From: Phycisphaerae bacterium
GTDB taxonomy: Bacteria; Planctomycetota; Phycisphaerae; UBA1845
Direction: 5' to 3'
Length of the DNA stretch: 64,000 nucleotides
Assembly: GCA_029260135.1 (NCBI GenBank)
Contig: JAJDDV010000109.1
Location: 879-64,878 of the forward strand
The notes below the pieces were generated by a model. The model was given only the letters and a program-made list of their open reading frames with translations, searched no databases and had not been told where the DNA came from. The position numbers and the translations under genes are program-made. Every line of letters starts with the position of its first letter. Position 1 is the stretch's first letter. Positions 25,995 through 36,651 of this stretch are shown piece by piece.

Positions 25995-27965
25995 TCAGCC
26001 TCGTTTGTTTTGCCAGGGGTTGCCGGCTGTGACGGGGAAGGGCGAGTATCCCGTCATACCGGGGGGCAGTGAGGGTTTGACGTTTGCGTCGGGCGGTGTC
26101 TGTGGTGGCGGTGGCGATTCGGCGCCGGCGGGTTCGAGGTCGGCGGGGTCGATGTTGGTTCGGTCTTGTCTTCGCCAGTGGTCGACGATGTCGTCGAGGT
26201 CGTAGGCGACCGACTCGGATGACCAGTGTTTGAAGAAGTCCATGTCGCCACTCTGCGGGCGCGGATCGGGTATTTCGACGAGGGTTCTCATGGGCATGAG
26301 TACGCAGTCGCCGATGATGAAGGCTTCGCCGGGTCGCAGGACGGGTAGCATTTCGAGCACGCCGGCGAAGTGATCGCCGATGACTCTCGAGACGTAGTGC
26401 TGGTCGTCGGGGTTGCTCATTCTCAGGACGACGAAGCTGTTACACTGCGAGAGCACGGTTTCCGAGAGTTCGGAGGGTCGCTGCGAGATGATCATGGCGC
26501 TGACGCCGTACTTCCGCCCTTCCTTGGCGACGCGTTCGACGGCCATCTTGGCGAATGCGGTTCCTTGTTCTCGGCGCGGGATGTAGTTGTGCGCTTCTTC
26601 GAAGACCAGAAGCGTGGGGTGGCGTTGCGTGACGGGTGTCCAGAAGTTGAGGTCGAAGAGCAATCGCGTGAGTACGGCGACGGTGATATCGACGATTTCG
26701 AAAGGGATTCCGGAGAGATCGACGATGGTCAGGTTGCTTCGCGGTTCGACGCGTCCGGTGAGGAGCTTGACGAGGTGGTTCATCAGGCTCGAGGTTTGCT
26801 CGGGGCCGTCGAGGTGCGAGATTTCATCGCGGAAGTACTTTGATTTGAGTCCGTGCTCGAGTGGTTTGAGGAGGAACTCGTATCGTCGGTCGTTGTACTT
26901 GGTGTCGATCTGATCGATCAGTCCGAGGAGTTTCCCGAAGTAGAGCGGGTGCGGGGTCTCGCCCTGGGGGTTTCCGCGATTGAACTGGCAGCGCTGGTCG
27001 CGCATGAGGCGTTCTTGTTCTTTGGGGTCCATGGACCTCAGGGCGAGCTGGCTGAAGGCGTATCGGTCGTCGTTGAGGACGAATCGTGCGTCGTTAAGGT
27101 TTTCGCCGTAGGTCTTGAGTCTGTCGAGGGAGAAGAAGATCGGGGTGTCGAGGGTCAGGGTCTTGGTGAGGCCCAGCGCCTCGGCGGCGTCTTGCTTGAA
27201 CTCGAGCAGTGCGGTTCTGAGGAAGGAGATCTGTGTTGAGACGTTGATCGGGTTGGATCGGTCGACGAAGAGGGCTTCCATTTCCTCGTACTTGAGAAGC
27301 CAGTAGGGGACGACGAGGTCGTTGACGCCGAGGTAGGTGACGTTTGCGTTGACTTGTCCTTCGTCGTCGCTGAAGGCGGCGCGGTATTCGCCGTGCATAT
27401 CGAAGAGGACAACCTGCGACTGGTTGAGATCGAGGATTTCCTGGAGGACTTTGGCGGTCGTGCAGCTTTTTCCGCTTCCGCTGTTTCCCAGGAGGGCGGC
27501 GTGTTTGGCGAAGAACTCGGAGCCGAGGATCTTGACGTCGAAGTCGGGGTTATAGGCGAACTGTCCCAGAGAGAAGCTCTGGGGGTGGTCGGATCCGGCG
27601 AGAAGCTGATCGTAGCTCCCGAAGATGGTCTCGAAGTCGTCGCGAACGGCGATCCAGACGTCGTCGCCGACGATGGGGTAGTCGTTCACGCCGCGGGTGA
27701 ATTTTCCGTTCCGGATTTCGCCGAGTAGCTGGACGCTCATGAGGAGTTGGGGTTCGGTGCCGCCGACGATGACGTCTTGTCGGCCGGTACCGGTGACGAA
27801 TCCGACGAGGGTCCGCTCGTCCATGGGGATGGTGACGTAGGAGCCGAGTTGGCCTACGCGGTAGGGCCTGTCTTCGTAGACGAGGTTCAGCTCGGTGGTG
27901 GTGATGAGCACCTCCACGGCTCCGCTCTTGACCCGAATGACGCTACCAATCTGGAGTGGGTTCAT
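25995..27965 (-). CDS. HerA/FtsK-superfamily ATPase (HAS barrel, DUF87-like)
   Basis: GQLGSYV barrel; Walker A GNSGSGKS; FDMHGEY; Walker B LLVFEEAH; KEGRKYG; SQRPSEL. Confidence 0.9.
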   Translation of the reverse strand: MNPLQIGSVIRVKSGAVEVLITTTELNLVYEDRPYRVGQLGSYVTIPMDERTLVGFVTGTGRQDVIVGGTEPQLLMSVQLLGEIRNGKFTRGVNDYPIVGDDVWIAVRDDFETIFGSYDQLLAGSDHPQSFSLGQFAYNPDFDVKILGSEFFAKHAALLGNSGSGKSCTTAKVLQEILDLNQSQVVLFDMHGEYRAAFSDDEGQVNANVTYLGVNDLVVPYWLLKYEEMEALFVDRSNPINVSTQISFLRTALLEFKQDAAEALGLTKTLTLDTPIFFSLDRLKTYGENLNDARFVLNDDRYAFSQLALRSMDPKEQERLMRDQRCQFNRGNPQGETPHPLYFGKLLGLIDQIDTKYNDRRYEFLLKPLEHGLKSKYFRDEISHLDGPEQTSSLMNHLVKLLTGRVEPRSNLTIVDLSGIPFEIVDITVAVLTRLLFDLNFWTPVTQRHPTLLVFEEAHNYIPRREQGTAFAKMAVERVAKEGRKYGVSAMIISQRPSELSETVLSQCNSFVVLRMSNPDDQHYVSRVIGDHFAGVLEMLPVLRPGEAFIIGDCVLMPMRTLVEIPDPRPQSGDMDFFKHWSSESVAYDLDDIVDHWRRQDRTNIDPADLEPAGAESPPPPQTPPDANVKPSLPPGMTGYSPFPVTAGNPWQNKRG

Positions 27966-28631
27966 CGACTGTCGCCTCTTGTTTTATTCGGTTTGAGACC
28001 GTGGCCCCCGGTTTATCGTCAAGGCGGACTCCGTCCGGGAGCCCGAAGCGGTTCGGGGAGTTCCGGGGTGAGTCTTTGCAGGAAAGATACGATCCGCCGG
28101 GGGTTGGGGCGTTCGGGGGGGTCGGATTCGCCCGATAACGAGGGGGTTTCGGCTTCACCGCACGGCTGGATCGCCGTTGCGGAAGGGTTGGTGATGGCCT
28201 TGGGCGGTTCCACTTCCGGCAGGACGATTCGGTATTGCGTAGGCCCAGTGTGGAGGTTTCGGCGTCTCATTCCGGCACATATGGGAGTCTGGGCAGATTC
28301 GGTGAGCGAGATTGGGCTCAACTAGCGGACGTTGAAAGAATCTTTGTCGTCGAGTATTGACGTGGGCTGACTTACCGATATAGTATTACGTGATTGCGCA
28401 GATCGCGGTTGCTGTTCGCGGCCCGAGCTCGTAACCTCTTTTTACAACCAAGCTTCCACTCGCTGCGGCACCCTTTGACCGCGCCAATACTTTTCGGGGT
28501 GCCGCACGCCTTTTATAGGGATATCACACATTCAAAACGGGTGGGGTCGTCACGGGTGGGCCCGGGGTCCAGATCCGGGTTGGCGCTATGGTGGCTGCGG
28601 TTTTCGGGGTCGCCGGGCCGTATCCAGAGGT

Positions 28632-29585
28632 TCAGCCGGGGATCTCATCGTCGTCACGGGCGATGCCGAGGTCGTCGAGTTCATCCACCACGGCATCCCA
28701 GACATCATCCTCCTCGTCGTCCCAGGGGACGTCGTCTTCGACGGGAGACGGGGAATGGAGGCGTTTTGAGACGATGACGCGGGCCAAGTCGAGCCTTTGG
28801 ATGAGTGCGGACATTGACTGGATGCGGTCGGCCGGGTCGTACTGGCAGCAGTCCTGGATCAAGCGGGCGAGGAAGCTCGGGAGCTTCTCGATGGCGAGCT
28901 CGTGCGTGTCGGAGACGCGTTTTCCGGCCAGGCTCTGGGAACTCATGCTGATGGTCTGGTTCATGTCCGTGAGGACGTGCTCGCCGGTGAGGATCTTATG
29001 AAGCGTGGCGCCGAGTCCGAAGATGTCGGTTCGTTCGTCGAGGACGCCGCGCTGGACCTGTTCGGGTGCCATGTAGTCGATGGTGCCCTGGATTCGAGGT
29101 TTGGCTTCGTGGATTTTGGCGCTTTGTCCGAGGTCAATCAGCTTCACGGATTCGTCGGAGCAGATCAGGATGTTGGTCGGTTTCAGGTCGGCATGGACGT
29201 AGCCGGCCCGGTGCATGGCATGAATACCTGCGGCCACTTCCCGGAAGATCCGCAGGATTTCGTTCAAGGGTCGGCTGAAATCCTTGTCGCCGAGCGAAGG
29301 GCCGTCCACGTATTCCATGAAGAGAATGGCGCCGCGGACGCGTAGGCGCCGGCGAAGCATGCGGAGTTCGTAGACCTTGCGTATGACGGGGTGGTCGACG
29401 GCGGAGCCGATGGCGTGTTCGGTTCTGAGCAGATCGATGAAGCTGGTGTCTTCGGGATTGAGGACTTTGACGATTTTGACGGCGTAGTCCTTGCCCGTTC
29501 TCATGCACCGAGCGCGAAACACCCTTGATTGGGCGCCGATGCCGAGCTTCTCGACGACTCGATAGTTTGGAATATCGACAGCCAC
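28632..29585 (-). CDS. Hanks-type Ser/Thr protein kinase
   Basis: LGIGAQS, AVK, HADLKPTN, DLG, GTIDYMAPEQ, DIFGLG; acidic tail; start placed at GTG. Confidence 0.9.
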   Translation of the reverse strand: MAVDIPNYRVVEKLGIGAQSRVFRARCMRTGKDYAVKIVKVLNPEDTSFIDLLRTEHAIGSAVDHPVIRKVYELRMLRRRLRVRGAILFMEYVDGPSLGDKDFSRPLNEILRIFREVAAGIHAMHRAGYVHADLKPTNILICSDESVKLIDLGQSAKIHEAKPRIQGTIDYMAPEQVQRGVLDERTDIFGLGATLHKILTGEHVLTDMNQTISMSSQSLAGKRVSDTHELAIEKLPSFLARLIQDCCQYDPADRIQSMSALIQRLDLARVIVSKRLHSPSPVEDDVPWDDEEDDVWDAVVDELDDLGIARDDDEIPG

Positions 29586-29937
29586 AAGCTTCTCGCCGAA
29601 ACCGTTGAACCGTTGCGGAATCCTCGTTTCGAGGTCCGCGCTACGAACACCACCCGGAGCCAAGATCTCCGGCGGTTCGCCCTTCAGGGTCGATTCGCTG
29701 AAAAAACGGCGCGATGCGGCAAGCGTGCTCGCTCGGTATGCGCGCACAGCGTAACGACACCCGTTTGTCAGCGCATGGACGACCCGATCGCTATTTCATC
29801 AGGTCAACGGCAACGTGAGCCCAAGGCACACGCGAGAGGTGGGAAGAGAGAATAATGGCAGAACGCTTCGATCAAATAATATAAGGTATTCGTTATAAAA
29901 CTGCGTTCGCCTCAGCTTCCGCTACCGTTCGTCCTAT

Positions 29938-29966
29938 AGTCTACAATTATGTACGTGTCCGGTCAA
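29938..29966 (-). promoter_or_regulatory. Sigma70-type promoter upstream of the kinase
   Basis: TTGACC-17 nt-TAGACT in an AT-rich patch. Confidence 0.5.
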
Positions 29967-30061
29967 CCGGAATTACCGTACCAGGGGCCTTATCGGACAG
30001 CCGAGGGGGGCTCCGTTAGCAAACGGGTGGGGTGATTTTGCGAAATCGGCCGCCGAGCCCG

Positions 30062-31003
30062 CTACTCGGAGAAGAGCGGCGTCGAAATATATCGGTCGCC
30101 GCCGCTGGGAAGAACGGTCACGATGGTCTTTCCTTTGTTTTGCGGCATGTTGGCGACGCGGTCGGCGGCGCAGAGGGCTGCGCCCGAGGAGATTCCGCAG
30201 AGGATGCCCTCCTCGCGGGCGGCCCGGCGGGCCCAGTTGATGGCATCGTCGTTAGAGACCTGCACGACGCCGTCGACGACGTCGAGGTTCAGGACTTCGG
30301 GGATGAAGCCGGCTCCGATGCCCTGGATCATGTGTTTTCCGGGTTGGAGGGGTCGTCCGTCGCGGGTCTGGGTGATGACTGGCGAGGCCTCCGGCTCTAC
30401 GGCGAAGCATTGAAAGGAGGACTTCTTTTCCTTCAGTGCTTCGCCAGCGCCGGTGATGGTTCCGCCAGTGCCGACTCCGGAGACGAGGATGTCGGCCTTT
30501 CCGTCCGTGTCGTCCCAGATTTCGGCCGCGGTGGTTCGCCGGTGTATTTCGGGGTTGGCGGGGTTGTTGAACTGCTGCGGCATGTAGGCGTTGGTCGTGT
30601 CTTCGACGAGTTTTTGCGCGGCGGCGACGGCCCCCTTCATGCCTTCGGCGGCGGGGGTCAGGACGAGGGAGGCGCCGTGGGCTTTGAGGATGGCGCGTCG
30701 TTCGATGGACATGCTTTCGGGCATGGTGAGCGTGAGCTTGTAGCCGCGGGCTGCGCAGACGAAGGCGAGTGCGATTCCGGTGTTTCCGGAGGTGGGCTCG
30801 ACGATCATGGTGTTTGCGTCGACCTGCCCATCGCGTTCGGCGGCGGCGATCATCGACGCCCCGATCCGGTCTTTGACGCTCGAGAGGGGATTGTTGAATT
30901 CGAGCTTGGCGTAGACGGTGGCTGGGGCATCGATCATTCGGTTGATGCGAACCATCGGTGTTCGACCGATGGCGCCCATGATGTTGTCGTATAGGTTCGC
31001 CAT
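30062..31003 (-). CDS. cysK: Cysteine synthase A
   Basis: [11 protein letters not shown] (PLP Lys), [23 protein letters not shown]. Confidence 0.97.
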   Translation of the reverse strand: MANLYDNIMGAIGRTPMVRINRMIDAPATVYAKLEFNNPLSSVKDRIGASMIAAAERDGQVDANTMIVEPTSGNTGIALAFVCAARGYKLTLTMPESMSIERRAILKAHGASLVLTPAAEGMKGAVAAAQKLVEDTTNAYMPQQFNNPANPEIHRRTTAAEIWDDTDGKADILVSGVGTGGTITGAGEALKEKKSSFQCFAVEPEASPVITQTRDGRPLQPGKHMIQGIGAGFIPEVLNLDVVDGVVQVSNDDAINWARRAAREEGILCGISSGAALCAADRVANMPQNKGKTIVTVLPSGGDRYISTPLFSE

Positions 31004-31281
31004 GTGATTTCTCCCTTTCTTGCTCTTTCCCGGTCCTGCCCGACACTTGCAGGTTACGAGGCGTTTTCGGCGGTGTCAACGACGGGAGGTGCCTAGAGCA
31101 AGCTCTATCCGATTGTAGCGTTCGGGGGTCCATTTCGCCCGGAGAGTCCTGCCAGTCTTCCGCTACGTTTGGACGGGTTGCGCTATAGGATGGAGCCGGG
31201 TGAGGTGTCGCCGCCTGGGGAAGAAACAGCGTATACTGCCCTCGATTCGTTTCGGTTGTGCGCGTGAGATAAAACGAGGGT

Positions 31282-31911
31282 GTGAAGTCCATGGGGCCGT
31301 TGGGCATTGGTGACGCTTCGTGCTGCGTGAGCTGTGGGTATCTTCTGCGCGGTCTTGAGCAACCGGTTTGTCCGGAGTGCGGGCGCCGGTTCGATCCGGT
31401 TGACGTCACGACCTACGACGCTGATCCGCGTCGACGTCGTCGAGTGCGGCGATGGCGGCAGGCGTGCGTGGGCCTCGCGCTGCTCTTGCTTCTCGGCGTT
31501 ATTTGTCCTCGCGGGTTGCTCCGGGGAAACCTTACGCTGACGTGCGCGCGGTGTGGCGACGTCACGCTGGTGCGGCGGTGGGAGCTGAAACCGCCGCGGT
31601 GGATTTCGTTTCGCCTTCCGGGGTTTCACTGGACGACGCGGGGGACGACGGCGGTACCCTGTACGGACCACGTGTACAGCGTCAACGCCCGTTTTGATCT
31701 GGCGATCGGCGGGTCGAGCAGCGGAAGCGCCAGCGCTTCTCCTGGCGTCGTCGTGACGGTCAACGGTCAACCGACGACGCCGGAAACGGCCCCTCGCGTC
31801 CTGAAGTCGGTTCTTTCGCCCTTGAATCGTGGTATCAGGATTGGACGCATCCCCGCGCGCGAGCGTGGGGACACGAAGGATGCATTGGATGAGGATGGCG
31901 GCGGCGCGTAG
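31282..31911 (+). CDS. Zinc-ribbon membrane protein
   Basis: CVSCGYLLRGL...CPECG followed by a TM segment. Confidence 0.7.
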   Translation: MKSMGPLGIGDASCCVSCGYLLRGLEQPVCPECGRRFDPVDVTTYDADPRRRRRVRRWRQACVGLALLLLLGVICPRGLLRGNLTLTCARCGDVTLVRRWELKPPRWISFRLPGFHWTTRGTTAVPCTDHVYSVNARFDLAIGGSSSGSASASPGVVVTVNGQPTTPETAPRVLKSVLSPLNRGIRIGRIPARERGDTKDALDEDGGGA

Positions 31912-32026
31912 ATCCGGCGGTTTGCGGCCGGCGACGGCGCCCGGTATCGTTGAGCCCGGCGGCGCGGGGTGAACGGTCTTCGCGCCATCGAACAGCTTGC
32001 GCGTTGAATCCGAAAGGAGCAGCATC

Positions 32027-33499
32027 ATGGCTACCGCAGCGATTTCACCTCCCCAGGTCTCGGATCAGAAGATGCTCATCGACGGGAAGTGGGTCCAGAG
32101 CGCCTCGGGGAAGACGTTCGAGACGCTTTATCCGGCGACCGGCGACACCATCTGCCGGGTGGCGGAAGGTGACACGGCGGATGTCGATCGCGCAGTTCAG
32201 GCGGCGCGTCGTGCGTTCGAATCGCGGGCGTGGGGGAGCATGGATGCGGCGGGTCGCGGTCGATTGCTCTATAAGCTCGCTGATCTGATCGAAGCGAATG
32301 CCGAGGAACTGGCGGCGCTGGAGACGTTGGACAACGGCAAGCCGATCAGCGATTCGTTGCACATCGACATCCCGGGTGCGGCGGCGGTGTATCGCTATTA
32401 CGCCGGCTGGGCGGACAAGATTCACGGTAAGACGCTTCCGGTGAGCGGGCCGTTTGCGGCGTATACGCGTCACGAGCCGGTGGGTGTTGTGGGGCAGATC
32501 ATCCCCTGGAACTTTCCGGCGTTGATGCAGGCGTGGAAGTGGGGTCCGGCGCTGGCGTGTGGGTGCACGATCGTGCTCAAGCCGGCCGAGCAGACGCCGC
32601 TGACGGCGCTTCGGATCGGCGAGCTGGCGATGGAGGCGGGTTTTCCGGAGGGCGTGGTGAACGTGGTTCCGGGGTTCGGTCCGACGGCGGGTGCCGCACT
32701 GGTGGCACATCCGGACGTGGATAAGGTCGCGTTCACGGGGAGTACGGAAGTCGGGCAGGAGATCATGCGTCGGGCGGCGGATTCGAACCTCAAGCGGGTG
32801 ACGCTGGAGCTCGGCGGTAAGAGCCCCAACATCATCTTCGCGGACGCGGACGTGGAGCGTGCGGCGGCGTTCGCGTACAGCGCGCTGTTCTTCAATATGG
32901 GGCAGTGTTGCTGTGCGGGGTCGCGCTTGTTTGTGGAGGATTCGATTCACGACGAGGTTCTGGAGGCGATCACGTCGAGGGCGAAGAAGCAGCGTATCGG
33001 CGATCCGTTCGATCGCCAGACGACACAGGGCCCGCAGGTTTCTCAGGAGCAGTACGAGAAGATCCTGGGATACATCGATTCGGGGAAGTCGGCCGGGGCG
33101 CGGTGTGTTACGGGCGGTAGCAAGTTGGATCGCGCGGGGTACTTCATCGAGCCGACGGTGTTCGACGAGGTGAAGGATGATATGAAGATCGCCCAGGAGG
33201 AGATCTTCGGTCCGGTGTTGTGTGCGCTGCGATTCAAGGATGTGGACGAGGTGATTCGTCGCGGTAACAAGACCATGTACGGTCTTGCGGCGGCGGTGTG
33301 GACGCGCGACATCGAGAAGGCCAATCGCGCGGCGGCGGGATTGCGGGCCGGGACGGTCTGGATCAACTGCTACGACGTGTTCGACGCGGCGGTGCCGTTC
33401 GGCGGATTCAAGATGAGCGGTCTGGGGCGGGAGCTGGGCGAATACGGGTTGCAGAACTACCTCGAAGTGAAGGCGGTTGTGACGGCGCTGGGAGGCTGA
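32027..33499 (+). CDS. NAD-dependent aldehyde dehydrogenase
   Basis: [37 protein letters not shown]; AAGGAG RBS. Confidence 0.96.
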   Translation: MATAAISPPQVSDQKMLIDGKWVQSASGKTFETLYPATGDTICRVAEGDTADVDRAVQAARRAFESRAWGSMDAAGRGRLLYKLADLIEANAEELAALETLDNGKPISDSLHIDIPGAAAVYRYYAGWADKIHGKTLPVSGPFAAYTRHEPVGVVGQIIPWNFPALMQAWKWGPALACGCTIVLKPAEQTPLTALRIGELAMEAGFPEGVVNVVPGFGPTAGAALVAHPDVDKVAFTGSTEVGQEIMRRAADSNLKRVTLELGGKSPNIIFADADVERAAAFAYSALFFNMGQCCCAGSRLFVEDSIHDEVLEAITSRAKKQRIGDPFDRQTTQGPQVSQEQYEKILGYIDSGKSAGARCVTGGSKLDRAGYFIEPTVFDEVKDDMKIAQEEIFGPVLCALRFKDVDEVIRRGNKTMYGLAAAVWTRDIEKANRAAAGLRAGTVWINCYDVFDAAVPFGGFKMSGLGRELGEYGLQNYLEVKAVVTALGG

Positions 33500-33696
33500 G
33501 GCGCGGGGATGACGAATTGCAGATTTCGGATGATCGAATAATCCTGGCTGTTCGATGAGCTGATCGGGGGTGGCGCGTGTTTTTGGCGTCGTCCGGCGGT
33601 TTTTGGGTCGCCGCTTCTAACGGTTCCGTGCGGTGGTTGTCGAAGCAGATGATGTAGACGATGCTGAAGGTCTGGACGGTCAGCGGAGATAAAGCC

Positions 33697-34152
33697 ATGT
33701 GGAAACGGTTATCGGGAGTGGGGCTGGTTGTTGCAGCCGGGATGGTGTGCGTGGGTTGTCGCGTCAGTGGTTTTTCGCTGTCGGTTCACGATCATGATGC
33801 GCGACCGGTGCGGGTGAAGCGCGTTCATGTTCCCAGGGCTCACATTTGCACGCATGATTGCCACGCTCATTACTGGGACGGGGCGAAGGTCATCGTATTG
33901 GCCGAGCACCGTCACGGGCACGATTGTGGGCACCATTGGGATGGTTCTCACTGGATCGTCCGCAAGGGCCGCGTGAAGCGAGCGCACGGGAGTCCGAAGG
34001 TTTATCGGGTTGCGCACGAACACAGTCCGTCGTGTGGTCATGTGTACAACCGACGCGCGCACAAGTGGATCAAGGTGAGGAAGGGGCATGTTCACCGTCA
34101 TGGCTGTGGTCATGTTCACTTGAATGGGCGGTGGAGTATTCGGATTCGCTAG
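33697..34152 (+). CDS. His/Cys-rich putative lipoprotein
   Basis: Lipobox-like CVGC; four HxHxxxCxHxW/Y-type units. Confidence 0.7.
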   Translation: MWKRLSGVGLVVAAGMVCVGCRVSGFSLSVHDHDARPVRVKRVHVPRAHICTHDCHAHYWDGAKVIVLAEHRHGHDCGHHWDGSHWIVRKGRVKRAHGSPKVYRVAHEHSPSCGHVYNRRAHKWIKVRKGHVHRHGCGHVHLNGRWSIRIR

Positions 34153-34314
34153 GCTGGTCTAAGAACGCACCGGCGGACAAGCCGCCAGTGGCACCCGGCG
34201 CAGCCTTCGTCGTCACCCACAAGGGGTGACGCTACATGATCGCCGAAACGGCGCATTTGCGTCGTAGCGACCTGCGATCGACTTTGCGCGGTCTGACGGG
34301 TGGAGGGTTGAGTC

Positions 34315-34839
34315 ATCGTCGAGGCAGAGCGCCACGATCGGATCGTTTGCGGGATTGACCCGGGTCTGGGGATCACGGGGTATGCGGTGCTGCGTCGGCG
34401 CGGCGACGCGGTTTCGCTGATCGAGGCCGGCGTCTGTCGCCTCGACAAGACGCAGCCGCTCGCGGCGCGTTTGGCCGCACTCGAAGGCGACATATCGTCC
34501 GTTCTGGAAGAGCATCGTCCGGAAGTCGTGGCGGTGGAATCGTTGTATGCCCATTACAGGCATCCGCGGACGGCCATCATGATGGGGCACGCGCGCGGGG
34601 TGATCCTGCTGGCGGCGGCGAAGCTCGGGATTGAGTCGCGGGATTATGCGGCGACGCAGGTCAAGCGACATCTGACGGGGAACGGCCGGGCGACCAAGGC
34701 GCAGATGCAGCGGGCGATTCAGGGTACGCTGGGTCTTGCGGAGCCGCCCCAGCCGGCTGACGTGGCGGATGCGGTGGCGGTGGCGATGTGTTGTGCGGCG
34801 GATCTGAGGAAGCGTCGGCCTGCTGAGGTGTTGGGATGA
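34315..34839 (+). CDS. ruvC: Holliday junction resolvase RuvC (start codon non-canonical or uncertain)
   Basis: IVCGIDPGLGITGYAV, AVE, MGHARGV, GNGRATKAQM, DVADAVAVA; directly upstream of ruvA. Confidence 0.92.
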   Translation: MVEAERHDRIVCGIDPGLGITGYAVLRRRGDAVSLIEAGVCRLDKTQPLAARLAALEGDISSVLEEHRPEVVAVESLYAHYRHPRTAIMMGHARGVILLAAAKLGIESRDYAATQVKRHLTGNGRATKAQMQRAIQGTLGLAEPPQPADVADAVAVAMCCAADLRKRRPAEVLG

Positions 34840-35468
34840 TCGTTCGGCTTAGCGGAACGCTCGTGGATGTGACGGAGGAGTCGGTCGTTGTGGAGCGCGA
34901 CGGGCTGGCGCGCGAGGTTCTGGTTCCGCCGTTCGCGATCACGGAGTTGGCGGTCTATCGCGGGCAAGAGGTGACGTTGCACACGCGCGAGTTTCTCGAG
35001 GGGAATCAGGCGTCGGGTCATCTGATACCGCGTCTGCTCGGGTTCTTGCACCCGGAAGATCGCGCGTTCTTCTTGCGGTTCGTCAATGTCAAGGGGATCG
35101 GGCCTCGCAAGGCGCTCAAGGCGTTGAGCGAGCCGGTTCGGCGCATCGCGACCTGGATCGAGGAGGGGGACGCCAAGGCGTTGTCGCGATTGCCGGGGAT
35201 CGGCGCGCGGGCGTCGGAGCTGATCGTGGCTTCGCTGAAGGGCAAGATGGACGACCTGGCGCTCACGGTCTCGGAAGTGAAGGAGATGAAGGCGGCATCG
35301 CTCTCGCAGCCACAGCGTGATGCGCTGGAGGTTTTGACGGCATGGGGGGATACGCGCAATGACGCGGAGCGCTGGTTGGCGCGGGCGGCGCAGTTGAATC
35401 CGGATGTGAAATCTCCGGATGAGTGGGTTCGGGCGGCGTACCGGGTCAAGTCTGGCGTGGCGGGCTGA
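34836..35468 (+). CDS. ruvA: Holliday junction DNA-binding protein RuvA
   Basis: MIVRLSGTL, LLGF, VKGIGPRKA, LPGIG; gene order. Confidence 0.93.
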   Translation: MIVRLSGTLVDVTEESVVVERDGLAREVLVPPFAITELAVYRGQEVTLHTREFLEGNQASGHLIPRLLGFLHPEDRAFFLRFVNVKGIGPRKALKALSEPVRRIATWIEEGDAKALSRLPGIGARASELIVASLKGKMDDLALTVSEVKEMKAASLSQPQRDALEVLTAWGDTRNDAERWLARAAQLNPDVKSPDEWVRAAYRVKSGVAG

Positions 35469-35563
35469 CGGTGCGGCGAAGACGGGTGGTGGCAGAACCC
35501 CCCTGTGGTCCCCCCTGGGTAAGGGGGGGAGCGGTTGGTGTTGGAAGGGTTAAGTGACATCGC

Positions 35564-36604
35564 ATGGCACGGGATCGCGTATTATCCGGAAGTGAACGGC
35601 TTGGCGACGAGCCGGTCGACACGGCGCTGAGGCCTAAGCGTTTTCGCGACATGGTCGGGCAGCGCAGCGTGCTCGAGAAGCTCGAGATTGCGATGGCGGC
35701 TGCCAAGAAGCGGGGGGAGCCGCTCGAGCATGTGCTTCTGGACGGTCCACCGGGTTTGGGCAAGACGACGCTGGCGAACGTGATTGCGGCGGAGATGAGC
35801 GATCGTCCGCCGCGGATCACTTCGGGGCCTTCGCTGGCGAAGCAGGCGGACCTGATGGCGCTCTTGACGAATCTCGAGGCGGGTGACGTTTTGTTCATCG
35901 ACGAGATTCACCGGTTGCCGACCGTGGTGGAGGAGTTTCTCTATCCGGCGATGGAGGATTTCCGGGTCGATTACACGATCGAAGGCGGGCTCAGCGGGCG
36001 CGTCGTGAACTTCGCGCTGCGCCGCTTCACGCTCATCGGCGCGACGACGCGGGCGGGGTTGTTGAGCGGCGCGATGCGCGACCGCTTTGGGCATCGCTAC
36101 CATCTCGAGTTCTATTCGACGGACGATCTCACGACGATCTTGCACCGATCGGCCGCGATGCTGGCATTGGAGGCTGAGGCGCATACGCTCGAGGCGATTG
36201 CCGCGCGGAGTCGCGGAACGCCGCGCGTGGCGAATCGGCTGCTCAAGCGCGTGCGCGACTATGCGCAGGTTCGCGGCGACGGTGTGCTGACGGCGTCGAT
36301 TGTGGAGGAGGCGCTCGACATCCAGCAGGTGGACGGACTCGGTTTGGATGAGTTGGACCGGCAGTTCCTTACGACGCTGATCAAAGTGTATCGCGGCGGT
36401 CCAGCCGGGATCGATGCGCTGGCGGCGACGATGGGTCAGGAGCGTGACACGCTGGAGGATCTCGTCGAGCCGTATCTTCTACAGATCGGGTTTGTGGTTC
36501 GAACGCGCCAGGGACGGCAGGTGACGCGCGAGGCGTGCGAGCATATCGGTCTGGCGTATATCGAGCGTGATGACACGCCGGCACAGCAGGCGACGCTGTT
36601 TTGA
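35564..36604 (+). CDS. ruvB: Holliday junction helicase RuvB
   Basis: LRP, GPPGLGKTT, FIDEIHRL, GATTRAG, RGTPR, EPYLLQ. Confidence 0.97.
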   Translation: MARDRVLSGSERLGDEPVDTALRPKRFRDMVGQRSVLEKLEIAMAAAKKRGEPLEHVLLDGPPGLGKTTLANVIAAEMSDRPPRITSGPSLAKQADLMALLTNLEAGDVLFIDEIHRLPTVVEEFLYPAMEDFRVDYTIEGGLSGRVVNFALRRFTLIGATTRAGLLSGAMRDRFGHRYHLEFYSTDDLTTILHRSAAMLALEAEAHTLEAIAARSRGTPRVANRLLKRVRDYAQVRGDGVLTASIVEEALDIQQVDGLGLDELDRQFLTTLIKVYRGGPAGIDALAATMGQERDTLEDLVEPYLLQIGFVVRTRQGRQVTREACEHIGLAYIERDDTPAQQATLF

Positions 36605-36651
36605 GGGAAGAAGTCGTCAGTTATCAGTTATCAGTGGCCGCACGTGCTGAG

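Noticed and set aside
24909-26072. 387-aa ORF and other ORFs over this span
   Set aside because: They overlap rnpB and repeat clusters and translate to repeat-derived sequence.
25995-29585. HerA plus kinase as an anti-phage operon
   Set aside because: They are separated by about 670 bp containing a hairpin, and no nuclease or Sir2 partner is adjacent.
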